From Trichoplax adhaerens (taxonomy: Eukaryota > Animalia > Placozoa), in NCBI RefSeq assembly GCF_000150275.1, contig NW_002060951.1:1250297-1314296 (forward strand): a stretch of 64,000 nt of DNA, given 5' to 3'. The notes beneath the pieces were generated by a model. The model ran no database searches and was not told the origin of the DNA. It saw nothing but the letters and a program-made list of their open reading frames with translations. The translations under genes were made by a program, and so were the position numbers. Within the stretch, counting starts at the first letter, position 1. Each line of letters begins with the position of its first letter. Below, piece by piece: positions 39,601 to 54,600 of the stretch.

Positions 39601-42460
39601 TCATTCCAGCTAGTTTTGTACTCTTCCTGATTAATGAGAGATCGTCTAAAGCCAAGCATTTGCAATTCGTTAGCGGCGTCCATCCCGTTATGTACTGGTT
39701 ATCAAACTACGCTTGGGATATGGTTAACTACTTATTTTCGATGGTCTGCATTCTAATTATATTTTTGGCTTTCAATGATAAGGCATTTACTAGTAGCGAG
39801 AATTTCCCGGCCTTGTTAATGCTATTGTTTCTCTATGGCTGGTCAATTATACCAATGATGTATCCGTCATCCTACGTCTTTAGTGTTCCGAGTACAGCTT
39901 ACGTGGCATTAGTCTGTATTAATATCTTTATTGGCATAAATGGTACCATTGCAACATTCATTTTAGAACTATTTGAGAATGACGCAGACTTAAAAACAAT
40001 AAATAATATTATAAAGCAAGTCTTTCTTATTTTCCCGAATTATTGCATGGGACGTGGAATTATGGATCTGGCGAAAAACCAATTAATGGCTGATGTCTTT
40101 AGTCGCTTTGGAGAAAATAATTTCAAAAATCCGTTCGGATGGGAATTAGTTGGACGTAACTTGTTCGCCATGGCAATCGAAGGAGTTGCATTCTTTATCC
40201 TCGTTTTATTGATGGAATATCGTTTCTTTATCAAGCAAAGGTACAAGAGCTTTTATCAATTTAGAACCTTTAAATGACTTTGATGCTGAGTTAAATTTGA
40301 GTACACTCGTATATTATGCCTGTTAGGGTATTAATGTATTGATTTACCGTTAAGAAATTCATTAAATGGAATTTAAAAATTTAACTGCTCACTCTATGAT
40401 AGGAAATTAACGCCGCCAAATCGTTTTGATGAAGTTGAAGATGAAGATGTTGCTGAGGAAAGAAGAAGGGTTCTCTCCGCTGAAGCAAACGATGGAATTT
40501 TGAGATTAGAAAATTTGACAAAGGTATAGTAAAGAAGTTGTACCGATAATAACTTGTACGGTATTTGTAAACACCGGTTGGTAACTTTCAAAATTGTATT
40601 CGTATTGGCTATAGGTCTATCGAACTCGTAGGAAGAAGCTTATAGCAGTGGATCGTCTATGTGTGTCAATTCCACAAGGCCAAGTAAGGGAACGTAACTG
40701 GTTTACGTTGCATTAACACAATATTTCAAGTAAATTAAGAGTCGTTATCATATGCTACAAATAATTGTATTTGTTGTAGTGCTTCGGCTTATTGGGTATT
40801 AATGGAGCTGGAAAGACCACCACTTTTAAAATGTTAACAGGCGATATTGATGTAACGAAAGGTGATGCATTCGTTGATGGTCACAGGTAAGCTTTACTGA
40901 TGGTATATATACAACTTATTTAGTACCTGATTAGCTAGTGAGCGATGCCCTATTCACAATAGATTGTACCTAAGTTCTCTTGTAGATCGTATCATCGTAT
41001 CAATGTAGCACGTTACTTGAATCTACGAGTATTCACGTTACTATATTAAAATTTGATTAATTCTGAACTATTCTGATGCTTCAAATTACAGTATATTAAG
41101 CGAAACTGACAGTGTGCGACAGCGAATTGGATACTGTCCTCAGTTTGATGCAATTTTAGATTTATTAACTGGCAGGGAACATTTAATGTTCTTTGCTCGA
41201 TTACGTGGTATTCCCGAATCGGAAGTCGCAAAGGTAGCGTAAGCTATATGCTGCATCCATATATGCACTCTGTATGTACAGCAATCATTATTAAAACTAA
41301 TGTAATCGTATCAAATCAACTTTATAGATTGCAGATTGGGGTATAAAGAAGCTTGGATTAATACAGTACGGGGATCGATTAGCCGGCACCTATAGTGGTG
41401 GCAACAAACGTAAACTGTCTACAGCAATCTCTTTAGTAGGAAATCCACCCATCATCTTTTTGGTATGTACATTATACGTACAGTATTATACTTAATATGT
41501 AGCAATCTATGATAACTTTGTAGGCAATGATAATGTATTTCTCTACAAACTAAGGATGAGCCCACAACTGGTATGGATCCTAAAGCTCGTCGCTTTTTGT
41601 GGGATATGATAAATAATATTGTACGGGATGGTCGATCGGTAGTTCTTACATCACACAGTATGGAAGAGTGTGAAGCTCTTTGTACAAGAATTGCAATTAT
41701 GGTCAACGGAAAGTTTAAATGTATTGGAAGCATCCAACATCTGAAAAACAAGTAATAGCAAAAATGATCTTGCAAATGTTGTACCAAGTTTTATTAAAAA
41801 CTTTTGTTTATTTTACAGATTTGGTAGTGGTTACACCGTTCAAATTCGAGTTAAGGGTTCGCAAGCTAATCTCGAACCATTAGCATCCTATGTTTCGAAA
41901 ACGTTCTCTAATGTAGTTCTTGTGGTAAGCTATGGATGTGTAGAGCGCGCACAGTCAGTATAATAAGCGATTATTATTTCGTAACTTGTCGTATTTTCTA
42001 CAGGAACGGCACCACAACCAACTTCAGTATCACTTCCCGGAAAATATAGAATTAGCGAAGCTGTTTGATAAGTTGGATAATGTTAGAGAAAAACTGGAAA
42101 TAGATGACTACTCAGTTTCTCAGACCACTCTTGATGAGGTTAGGGTGTTTTAATAATAATATTATTTCTGTAACTCCATTCCGTTGAACTGTTCTGTTTT
42201 AATTCATCATTCAGATCTTTATCGGCTTCGCGAAGCAACAGCGCGACGACTCTGATGACATTATTACTCCAGATTCAATTGCACAAGATCGAGAATTGAC
42301 GCAAGCTAACAACAATAGACATAGTCTGATTGATGTAAGAGAGCCAATTCCGACATTAAGACCTAAAGAAAATGGCCACCAACTTGGGGAAACAAAGGTT
42401 ACAACATACCATCGTCATTCAGATGGTATCCAACTTCTACCAACTGAAACGCCTGTATAG
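27655..42460 (+). CDS. ABCA: Full-length ABC transporter subfamily A (ABCA1/2/4/7-like lipid exporter) with a kringle insertion in ECD1
   Basis: N-terminus [22 protein letters not shown]; [12 protein letters not shown]; [10 protein letters not shown]; [17 protein letters not shown]; [17 protein letters not shown]1: [33 protein letters not shown]2/TMD2: [29 protein letters not shown]2: [55 protein letters not shown]-terminus ..PTETPV, stop at 42458-42460. Exact vertebrate orthologue cannot be assigned. Confidence 0.96.
33537..33779 (+). CDS. Kringle-domain exon within the ABCA gene (243 nt, phase 1-1)
   Basis: Bounded by ttttag| and |gtaagt. Translates (K)[80 protein letters not shown]: six Cys plus the YRG, CQxW, NYCRNPD, PWCYT and WEYC kringle signatures. 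In frame with the upstream exon (ends 33414) and the downstream exon (starts 33969). Confidence 0.93.
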
Positions 42461-45400
42461 TTGAGTTAATTACTTAGATATGATTTCACATATGACAGTT
42501 TACTGTCATAGCTGGAAGCTTCAGCTACTGTCTGTAATCATATGGGTATTTACCTAATATGTACATAATATTTCAAGTTACATTACATGTATTTTTTATA
42601 ACAATTTAATTGCTATTAGTTTTACCATGCTGGCTTGATAGCATAATGCCTCGATTTCTGGCAATAAAACAGCACTCAAGATCGTAAGCTTGATTCCATT
42701 TCTGCTTACGTTCAATAATATCTGGCTAACAGTGTAAAAGATGAAAAGGTTAATATTCCTGGAAACAAAAGTGGAACTTTACTCATGAGATATTCGATTC
42801 TGCTAATATCATGTATCATCATGTATTGCCACTATCTATTTGGTGGTTTTGTTTATTTCTCTGTGTTGTGTTACCGTACTTGAATTCTTTAAACATAGCA
42901 ATCTGGTATCAGCATTTCTTGTATAGTTATATATATTAGTTAATATTTTACATATCGTAGCATAACGGTATAACCGTTGAGTAATGGTATTTTAATGCCA
43001 TTTCCGTACAGCAAAGCATACTCTTACATGTCTTCTAAATAGCTTTTATCATAACGAAGCAGACATAGCATTATCTGTTAGGTATAACTTTAATCCGATG
43101 TATCGCTATACTAGAAACATTTGAAAAATATTGGACCGTGTCACGATATTACTACCATGTCACGTTCAATGCAGTGGTATAGATGTAGAAGTAAATGATT
43201 ATATTCGTACTAGAAATGCATTTTATCAATTTTAGTCTTTAAGATATACCTTATCACTATGCGATTTTTAACGAAAATTGAATTATGATATACGTCTAGT
43301 TCAAGCCTATGAAGTATAGAATTGCAATTTATTGCAACCGACTGTCCATTTACTGTATTCAGTCAGACTTCGAATGTAAAGCTAGACTAAGTAGTTTCAA
43401 TACTTCATATATAAAGGTGGTAGTGCCTTGCTGACTGTATGTTGTACAACGTATTACACATTCTGCCGAGCATGGTAAATGTCGAAAATAAAGAGGAACT
43501 GTATCTTGATATTAATCCGCGCGAGATTGATTTTTTATGACGTATAATATTACATGAATCTACCCAGGTAACTGAAATTATCTAGTTACCATTTTTATTA
43601 AATTACTGAATTTGTTCTTAATAACCTGAAGAATATGTGCCTATCTCTTTCATATGCTAGATTGTAGTTACTAAGTATACCCCACTAGTTAAAGTATTCC
43701 ATAATTTCGAGTCGTGAGATAGTCCTTTCTCTGCTCGTGACCTTAATATATGTAAAGGTAGGTATAACCTTCTAATTCATATTTCTTTGACCACATATAT
43801 AATTTTAAATCAAGTATGAATGAGAGATAACTTCTTTCATATATCACAATTGATTGCACGGCAGCAAATCCAGTTACTGTACTAACGCTACGGCGTTATG
43901 AAATATGATTAATGATGTTAATGGCAACAAAGCACTATAGCTCTTTGACAGAGCATGTATGTACCGGTGTAGCTAAATAAGGTATAAAAATCTATAGACT
44001 ATAGATATCAACTGCACTATATTGTTAGAATGTGAGTAAATCATATACTACCGTATCGTTGCACACGTACCTTAATTTTAAAATCTTTAGAAGAAACCAT
44101 ATCAACTCAACTAGTAGTTTATAATCATGCAAATTACACATGTGCATGGTACGTACAGTACACTGAAGATCCTTAATATCTTATTCGTGCAGAAAGTCTC
44201 TCTATATAATGCTACAACTATGAACAGTAATACATTGTTCCATACATGAATGTTACGCTTACAATTATTTAAACCAATAAACTAACAATATACTAGAATA
44301 GCTGATCACAGACATGTTACATTTCCTAGATTACTCTGTGTAAATATAAATGAATTTCATGTATTACTTCGTAGATTGAAAAGATCTCTACCGCTCGGAT
44401 AGTTCTCCCTGACACTTGTTATTCCCTCATATTAACTAGTTATCTAGCTATGCCCGCAATAATTTCTCTTGACAATTGACTAACAGAAATTTAACGTGAA
44501 TATATAAAATATTAATCCATTCAATTACAGCTATATAAGGCACTGCTGCACTCATCAAGACTATATTTAAAACCACTTTTAAGCTCGTTAGCTATAATTA
44601 TAGAATGAAATGATCACAGAACTTTGTAAGTTTTGGATTAAACTACTGATCTATTGAGCAAAATCGTCAATTTAGCGTTGTAAAGTTGTTCATAGACTCT
44701 GCTAATTTATAAACTGTATACTTAGTTACATATCAATAGGCCTATATTCCAATTTTAATGTATAACATGATTTCGTACTATTAAGTTAGCATATATTGAT
44801 TTATTGCACTTCTTCCATAATTATATGAAGTTTATGATGATATTCTATTGTAATGGTTATTGAATACAACGTGAATTAAAATTAGTTGTTTATGCATTCA
44901 TACTATTATCGATAATAATATGTAACGGACGTAACAGATTACAATACTTTGTATGTTATTATGGTCGACTTCAAAACGAATTATTCATAATAGTAATCTA
45001 TAACAATTAGTTACAATTTAGTACATGGTTCTCATGAATATTTCATGAAGTTGACGAACGTAATCGTATTTCTTTTATCATTAATCATTTATTATTTAAA
45101 ACTCCTTGTAGTCATGTCGATTAGAAATATTTATTGAGCTTTTTACTGCAGTTACGCCACTGATTCAGTATATAAATGTATGAAAGTATTATTGTATACC
45201 ACGCGCACACAGAATAATCTTGCAATCCGTTAAATGTATATAGTGATACATATACATCTATATTTTTATATGTGCGAAGAGGTATAGTCTATTTTAAGGC
45301 TTAAAATAGTTACATTACCGTCACCAGGAAACACTATAGATATACAGTATAACGTAATCGATGTCCTTTATTAACCTTTTACCCTACCGCGGATCCTCTA

Positions 45401-45692
45401 CTAATCAATCCCAACTGCTGTGAAAGACACTGTATTACAAAATCATAAAAATCAGTGTTTATTGCCATCAATTTAATTAATTAAACTGATTATCAATATT
45501 TTTAACGGTTCTATATAGAACAATTCTAGTTTATTTCAAGTTAAGCGGTTGTCGTTTATTATATTATTATTGTCTTTCCGCTTCTGAGCGCACAGTATTT
45601 TAATCGTATCGTATATCCCAGCATTGTATAAGCTTTGGAAGCTTTCATAGTGAGAAGAGCATTCTTGTAGTCATTCTAATTCACAAATAGCA

Positions 45693-48600
45693 ATGTCTGA
45701 GGAAGAATCAATTTTGAACATTGTGGGATTTGAATTGATAGTCGAAGGCCTAGCCGGTGTTGGATGTGGCGTTGCCAGCATTCTTGTACCCATTTTCTCC
45801 AGCGCTTTTCGATTTCAATATTATCAAGGAATTTGGGCAGGAGGCCTGGTAAGTTTCGTCACTATATTAGCGATTAGTTAAATTCTTACTGTCCTTTCAC
45901 CGATTAATTTGGCTTGCCAAGGCAATACTGATCTATCTTATCACGATATCAGTGATACCGTGATTTATTAAGGAAATTTTTATCAGATTTTAAAATAAGA
46001 TAAATCTTTAATTAAATTGAGTAAGATAATCTCAAAGCTCTAATAATCGCTCTAATTTATAAAACATCTTTTTCCTTTATCCTATTATGAAAATGATAGA
46101 TTTATGCATACATAAAAAACAATTTTCATAGGACTTCAGAAATGATCCATATCAGCTTTCTTAACGAATGAATAGTATCGTGCTATATTTCAACTAGGGC
46201 TATAGCTTTTAATCGTAGACTGCATCGTCTCATTTATTCTATAACCGTAAGACACATATATTGAAGTTGCTGTCCGCTACTTTAAAGTTTTTCAACAAAA
46301 TAAATGGCTAAATTGAAATCTATCCCTTAATAAATGATATATTAACAAGCTTCTTTACTATACTCAATAAAATAAGAAGTAATCATGCTGCATCACTATT
46401 GCTTTTATCTAATACAGTGTTATTCTTTTTTACTCAGTTTATTAACATGATTTATATTTTATGATCGCCAATTAAAAACTTGTTATCTATCCTTTTGCTT
46501 TTGTCCTTTCTTAACTTTATCGTATAAATATTGCCCCTCGTAACTATGATTTTCGTACTCTATCGCCCAGAATATGATTCATTTTATCCATGGCTATAAG
46601 TGGTATAATATGATTCCTTATTTAGTAAATCTACACCACTTTGATCCGAATATCTCAAATTACCGACTATAGGCAAAGCTAAAGTAAATTTTAATCCTTA
46701 AAGTCATACTCTGAGAGTATTAGTCATATTCTACCATTATAGTAAAAATGTTGATTAAAAAAGTAAGTAAAAATGGCGAAAAAAAACCAACAAAGGATCA
46801 ACCTGTTGCAACAAATTCTATCAATCAGCTGCCCAGCAATGGCCGTATCCATAAGCAACGACTAGCATTATTTAGAATCGCATAACCTAGTAGCTACATC
46901 ATCTTAATTCTATCGACCTTTTAATGCAGTTTATCTGATCTAAAATTGAATATTAAGGTACTTTTGTACTCTTCAAGTAATTTAATTCTAATAAGGAATC
47001 CGTAATGCTGCCCCCTTCCGATCTTTATTTTCTTCTGTATGACACAATCTCTATGCTAGAATTTCTAATAATATTCTTTTCGTTTAATCAAGTTATTTTT
47101 TCAATTAGCTTTCGCATTCCTTTTAAGTTTACTACATATTCATGTTGACAAATTATTGAATTTATCGTTATAGAATTCATTTTTAGTCTCTCGTTTTAAT
47201 CTTGAATAACATCTGATATTACATCTGGCAACACTTCTATAGTCAATTTTTTCTTCCGTTATAGCAATCTTTCATTTTTATTTTGATGTGTAATAGGATT
47301 GATTAACTCATTTAATCTTAATAATTCCTTTTCTATAGATTATTCTCGTTGGTATTTATGCTCTAATACTCTACTATAAAGATGAATTTGAAAAGTTATG
47401 GCTGGTAAGTCAATACCACTTCAAAATAACTGATTATAGAATATATTTACATTCATCTTTGACGAGTAATAAAATATAGTAATACCGTACGACAGATACT
47501 GATTTAATCTGACTTGAGTTTTTTCCTATCTAAATACAAAAGTACCAGTTTGCATCTATACTTTTTAATATTTTTGTGTAAATGTGTCCATTTCATGCAG
47601 AATACAGGGTATAAGATACAAAATCAGTAAAAATCATTAAACACATAGTGACTATCGCTTAACACTTGTTAGAATATGCTGTTATGATTGATTAATTAAA
47701 GTATAATGGCGTTAAGTGTTCATACTGTTACAATTACTGCGGTAATCCCTAGTATATAGTTGAAGCTAAAAGTCTGACAATTCCCAGGCTCCTATACACA
47801 ACAATTAAAATATTCCTGAATTATTAAACATAATTTTAAAGAGTTTTGAAATCCAAGATTTGTACGATAAGTTTAAACTCGTAGACTCGTGCGTCATATG
47901 CACCTTACTTATTTTGAAATTTAAAGCCCAAATAAAAATTGGAGAGCGAATTCATGTAACAGGGCGAGAATCTTCTGATATTTTATAGTTCCATATTGGT
48001 TAAAATCTCTAATTGATCATTTAGCCAATTCTAGTATAGATCTTAAACCTTTTCCGATAGTAAACATATTTTTGCTGATTTAGATCGACTTATCATTCGA
48101 TTAGCTGACCTCATATCTGACAACTGCAACTTACTTCATAGAAATGTAACACAACAATATCGTAGGCAATTTTAGTACCGCAGTACACATATCGCTATTC
48201 TTGAGAAAAAAAAGTGTAACTATATAAAGTGCATTGTATTGTTCAAAATACACAAATATATACGCGTATATAGCTAAGCTTGAGATTGACTAATATTGTA
48301 TATTAATTTCATCACTGGCTCAGTTTTGATAATGGTATAGTAAAATTTAAGGCTAACCCTAGGCAGCTGAATGGTAATTCTTCTAAGCGGTAGTTTATAG
48401 CCCTAATTACCAAATTATAGTATTAATAGAGTGGATAGGTTTAACTATTTTTGTGTTAAGCTTATATCATGTTATAACGGCATTCAGTAACTATACGATT
48501 TGGATGCATAGAAGTAGGCGTAACCATAGCAACCATTCATCAAAATGTTAATGGTACCTATGACTGTATTCTATCTGGTCCAGTAGAATATTGCAGTTTA

Positions 48601-50516
48601 TATGGATTATACTAAAATTGCTGGCAGCATTTTATTTAATAACTGCGATATTGCTGCTGCACAAATTATACCCTACTAAACCTACTGTATAAGAATCTTA
48701 TATAGTACACTTTGATAATATTTACGCTTATAGTAATCTAAGATATTACATTGGTGTAAGGTATTTGCAATTTAGCTAAGTACTTAGCTAAGAGTAGTAA
48801 CTATAGTTTTGATAAGTGCTCGTTTATTCGAAATTGTTATATGAAACAAATGAATTCTACACTTTTAAATAAAATCTTAGAGCTATAATACAGTAAATGA
48901 TGATAAATGATGCATAAATAATGTCTCTATTGTANNNNNNNNNNNNNNNNNNNNNNNNNNNNNNNNNNNNNNNNNNNNNNNNNNATATTATGATATTAAA
49001 ATAATACTTGGCGCTAAGAATGATTTAATCTTTAGGATTTATAAATAATTATATAATTATTAATCCTAATAATCTAATAAGATGTCAGTACAGTATACAC
49101 TTTCATAAATATACTAAAGCTTAGTAATAGTCTTGCTAAAATCGCTTTATATTGCTGTCAAATATGAATATTATAACATTAATGCATATGCTTGACTAAA
49201 GACTATATACTGACTTTACTTCAATTTACTTTTGTAGTTTATAATCTTTATCGTCCTTGCCAGCATTTCTGCTTTTGCTGTTGCTGGCGCATGTGGTCTA
49301 AGTGCATACACTGCTTATCTATTTTGGCCCCAAGTGTTGCTTAGTAGGCCAGCACCATTCGCTATCAATACTGGAATAGCCCTAGTCTTCTTAATCAGTT
49401 GTATCGCTTGCATAAGAGCTGCTATTGCTGCAAGTCAGTTAAGAAAAGCTTATGTAAGTATTCACATAGACTAAGATATTGTCATTATTATTTCTAATAC
49501 TACTTAAGTAAGGCATCATAAGCAGTTAGCGGTGATAATCGAAGTACTATAGGAATGTAGTAGTGTTGGAAGCTATAAAAAGCCGCCAATCTTTTCTAGT
49601 AATTTTATATTATATGTGATTACTATGACGTAGAAATAAATACATATTTAGCTATGAAGTAAATTAGCTTGTATGCTACTTATTTTATTGTAATTAAAAT
49701 AATACCGGCGTAAATTGTTTCAATCACGGTAATAAACTTTTAAGTTATTATTCCGATACTGTAATCTATTAGAAATTTTAATTTTACTCTAAATTTATTT
49801 CATATACCTCACATTACAGCTAACAGTCAGACTTCAGATTGTAAAACATAACTCACGATTGTCATCACACACGATTATATGTCTAATTATCTTCATTGCA
49901 TATATATATATATAGGTTATACAAATCGCTCAGAGTGACAAGCAGCACAAAATTAATGAAAAAAATGACTTAATCTTCTTAGCCCAATGGGAAAAAGAAA
50001 AGAAACAAGGTATCAATAATAATCCCCAAGATCAACCAGCAGAGATCATTCGAGGTAAGATTGAATATATACGCGTATGCTTAAAAAAACGAAGTACTTA
50101 AATCTTCCATGGTAATAATTTAACTAACGGAATGGTATAATATACGGATATATAGTCCATCCGGCCAAAAAAGGAACAAAACCGACTCAAGTAGCGCCAG
50201 CTGAACCTCGACAAGAAAGAATTAAATTGCAAGTGGATATTGGAAACGTAGAAAAAGACCTAGAGGTTAGTAATATTATCATTCGTTAATATCTCAGTTT
50301 TGCAATTATGATGTGAATTACCACACGTAGATATTATTTATAATGTAGTATGGCATCAATTTATAGCATATAGTCTGTAGCAGCAAATCTTTGTTCGTTA
50401 GAGCGAATAAAATATGTAGTATTATAATGATAAGAACTTTGCTAATAAAATCCATCTGAATATTTTGAAAATAGGGCGAAATCGAAGTTACTCCAGAGGT
50501 GGTGAAAGCTGATTAA
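45693..50516 (+). CDS. Small four-transmembrane protein (~240 aa), MS4A/CD20-like, with a charged C-terminal tail
   Basis: Six exons with compatible phases: 45693-45848, 47339-47404, 49238-49453, 49916-50054, 50156-50265, 50475-50516. Four hydrophobic segments; TM2 begins GIWAGGL|IILVG, like the W-x-G motif of CD20-like proteins. Ends GEIEVTPEVVKAD, TAA. Family assignment is tentative. Confidence 0.7.
48935..48984. other. Assembly gap (50 N) in intron 2 of the 4-TM gene
   Basis: Run of n characters. Confidence 1.
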
Positions 50517-51617
50517 ATTTTCAAATATACACTAATGTCATTATATGATATATTTCACAGAATAAAGGTGCAAATAGTCATGCCGAAGGCACCGCACCGT
50601 ACGTAAATAATTAAGCTAATAGATCTTTTATACCGTACCAGATTTGCTGAAACATACAAATCCACTGACAAGATGTATTAAACTTTTTTGGTAGTATAAG
50701 GACAAACTTTTTCACACTCCTGATAGGGGAGTTTCTGAAGGGCTTTTAGTGAACTCTTAATAGCCACTTTTTTATGTATATTTTTTACTTCATTATTAAC
50801 GTTGACCTTTAATTTTTAGATATTATTTGCCATTTTTTTTATACCATAAAAGTTAGAATCTGGTAACGAATTCTAGCCATAGATTAGCAAATTCTTAATT
50901 TTGCTTAAATATTGATTTTATTTTATTTGTAATTTGTAATATAAAAATTAAAAACCGAAGAGATGCTATTACTATTTAAATTACAGTATGAGGCATTGCT
51001 TGCCTGACTCATGGCATTTGAAACGTAACACGATCCTGTTACGGTAAACGATGTTATAATCACGAGTTTCTTAACGATATAAAACATTATATCAATATGA
51101 TATCTGTAGTGCAAAACGCACATACACTAATTGTTACACAGGGATAAAAACTATAAAAAATCCAGCATAAAACAGTTGTCGTTAGCGCTAAAACAAATAC
51201 ATTTATCCTAATCTATGCCTATATTTAGTCATGTAATTATTCATAACGGTACAAAAACTTAAATTTTCAATCGATAACCATGTCTGACAATCCGATATCG
51301 CTATCTGCCTCTCAATCGAAAACAGATTTATTAAAACAATATCATAAATCTTTAGCCAATCGATATTCTAAATCAAGGATTTGACAAAATACCATCCACG
51401 ACCAAAAACATTACAATACAATTAAATGATTCAATCATTACAATTTCATTACGCCGAATTATCATTCTTTCGTTACTGGAGTGCCATACAAGAAATTTCG
51501 TGCTGTTCAATTCCACAAATATATTTTTAAGATAATCCTTCAATAAATTGACTAAGCGCTCAAAGCGCTCAATGTACTGTACATGATTGTGTATAAATGA
51601 AACAATTGACTGGAAAT

Positions 51618-54600
51618 TTAGGACAATAATCCAGTAGATTCATTTGGTTCTCCTGGTCGTGATTTTGGCGCGTTACGTAAATAGTTCATCACAGCTATGT
51701 CGGCCTCTGACATCACCCTTGCAGGACCTACAATTGTTAAAAAAGTCAGTCAGAATGTGCTTATTATGTATTGTCGATGATTCTTGAAATTATAGAGACA
51801 ATCGCGGCTGTAATACCGAAAAAGCTAAGGAATGCCGGCAAAAATATCAGACCATGGCTGGCGCCAAAAATAACGATACCAAGATACATGCGGAAGTAGA
51901 AAATCTTTAATAGAAAGAGTATAAGGTTACAATAATTCGCATTAAAATAATCTATAGAAGTAGAAATGAAAATAAAAATACCTCAAATATCTGTGATTTG
52001 GCAAACGCTAGAACTATGATACCACCAAATTTAGTTAAAGTTATGCCACTGAAGACCTATAATATCAAATTTATACGTCAAATCGTGTTATTAACTATTT
52101 ATTCTAAATACTACAGTATATTACAATATTGCGTTATCGCTATAGATCGTACGAGTCAGTATTATCAGAAAGGTATAATAGAGCACTTTAGCATTTACTA
52201 TTACTTAATAGCATATAATGAATATAGAGTGCAACTTTGGGTCATGAAAAACTTTTCTATAGTCTCAATTAAGTTTCTAATAATGAATAGATACATATTT
52301 TGTAATTTTTATCAGATAACCCATACCGAGCTTCCCATTCGTGACAGGGCTTCTTGTGCTCGTGCTTCTCTTGTTTCTTGTTTGCTGACGACAAAAGCTC
52401 GTACGATATGAGAACAAAACTCGACTGAAATTCCGATCGCCTAACACAGTATATGATTACACAAATTTATATAAAGCAAATACTGTACTTAGAAATAAGC
52501 TCAGGGAAATTATCATACGGCGCATTGTTCCTACCATAACAAGATTAACAAGTGAGACCGCATTCAGACTTATTCTCCAGAAAAACATCATGGCCATAAG
52601 GTCTATTACAATCATTGCCACTGTCATCGTAACTATAATAGCTGCTCCAATATTTAGACCCAATAATAAGAAAGTGACCAACAAAATCGAACCTGCATTT
52701 AAAAGTTTAAAAAAAAAGGTTATAACGATGTTTACAACAAATGTTATCGACTACATACATACATCAGTCTGATTATCGAATTTGACTTACCTAAGGAAAC
52801 GCCTAAGCTGAGGAATGTATCTCTAATCATCGTCAAGTATTGCTCATAAAATACGTAAAAAATACTAGAAAAGAGTAAAAGGGGTTAAAATTTTCTATAG
52901 TATCTCGACCTTATCGATGAATTTCTAAGGCAACGAAAATTATTTTCATTAAATTATCTTTCCACTACAATACCTGTAGGGAAACACTCTAGCATTAATC
53001 ACGGAAGAGATATTCTTGGCGATAGTACGGGCCATCTTAAGTGCGTAAATGTAGTCTTTAGATGTTCTCAGGATGTTATGATAAGTCATAAAATAGGTAG
53101 CTAAATTCAAGTAAATCGGTATTTTAGTAAATACTTAATAAAACGCGTTATGATTTAATTTTACGTTAGAGACTATTTAATTAATTACCACTTATATTTT
53201 TCTTGTCACGCGTAAACTTAATTGCACTTCCATAAGCTGCATGGCCGCTATAGATAATATAATGTACATAATAAACATGTTCAGTAAAAGTATAACTATC
53301 ACCGAAAATATAACCGATTTCATTGGCTTTCTAGTAGTACCCTTTAGCACAAATTTTTCCTGGTACATCTTCTAAAAACCATGGTAGGTACTTTATAAAT
53401 TCTTTCCCAGTTGGGCGACGACCAATATCCGTAGAAGGCAAGCACGGCACACAACTCTGGTTGACTTCTACGAATGAAAACGAAATAAATTCTTTAAAAA
53501 TCTTTGATTAATATGGGTTTTCACAACGATTGTCTCACACATAACGTACCTGTAGACGGACAGAATTTATAGTGACCTTTACCGACTGGACGCTTTCTAC
53601 AGCATGGTATTTTACCGACTGGCTGAATCCAGGCAAAGTAATCATCAATCCAAGATGACGTAGTTTCGGCAATATATGTGCTAGTAAGTACGATTGTAAA
53701 TTATACTGTAAGTTCCTATTTTAGGAACAACGGCTTAGAACATTCACTTTAATTTTATGGTCTGCAAATGCAGTTAAATACGTAGCTATTTCAAAATATA
53801 TAATAGTAACAAGTGAATAAAATGTTCATTATATAAACTTATGTTATCTCCTTTCGATCATTAAGTAAAGCTTACTAATTCGCTTGTTCCGAAGCAACAT
53901 AAATTTGCTGTACTAGCGAATCCGCACTGCATCCGGATGATCCACAAATCTACAAAAATGTTTCGAGTAGAAATAATATAGCTTATAGACAACAAAGTAC
54001 TGATTACTATTATCAAGATTTATATTTCAGTTTAGTTAAACTAATGAATGCTGCCTACATACATCGTTTTGACCATTAGTTGAGGTGTAATCGTACGGAC
54101 CTTCTACCACAAAATAAACGGGCGGACCAATGTGTAAGTATTCATTTAAACCATCAAAATACTTGATAACGTATGAGTCCTGTTTATGAACAAGAAGGAA
54201 GAAGCTACATAAGAATTTATCAGTGGTTAAAATTTACTGGTCTCGAAAGCATGATGGAACATGTTATATGCAAGTTATACTGTCGTAAACTTGTCAGGTG
54301 TAGATAAGTTTGTATTGATAGCTCAAGATATGAGGTAGTTACTTTTGGAAGTGATAACGACTGATTAAGGCCAATTTCAACTTTTGTTGCCTGCGGAACA
54401 GCAAATGCTGCCATACCAAAAAATATTAACACCTAATAATTGAAACGTATTATATTAATAAAACCTAACCCATATAGAAGAATAAATACTATACAAGCCG
54501 TATTCAACAAGGTCACAATAGTAAAGAAATCGATTTATTACTGTTAGCAGTGCTTACCACTAATGTTTTTACAAACTTGTTTAACAAAAAAGGAGCAAAA

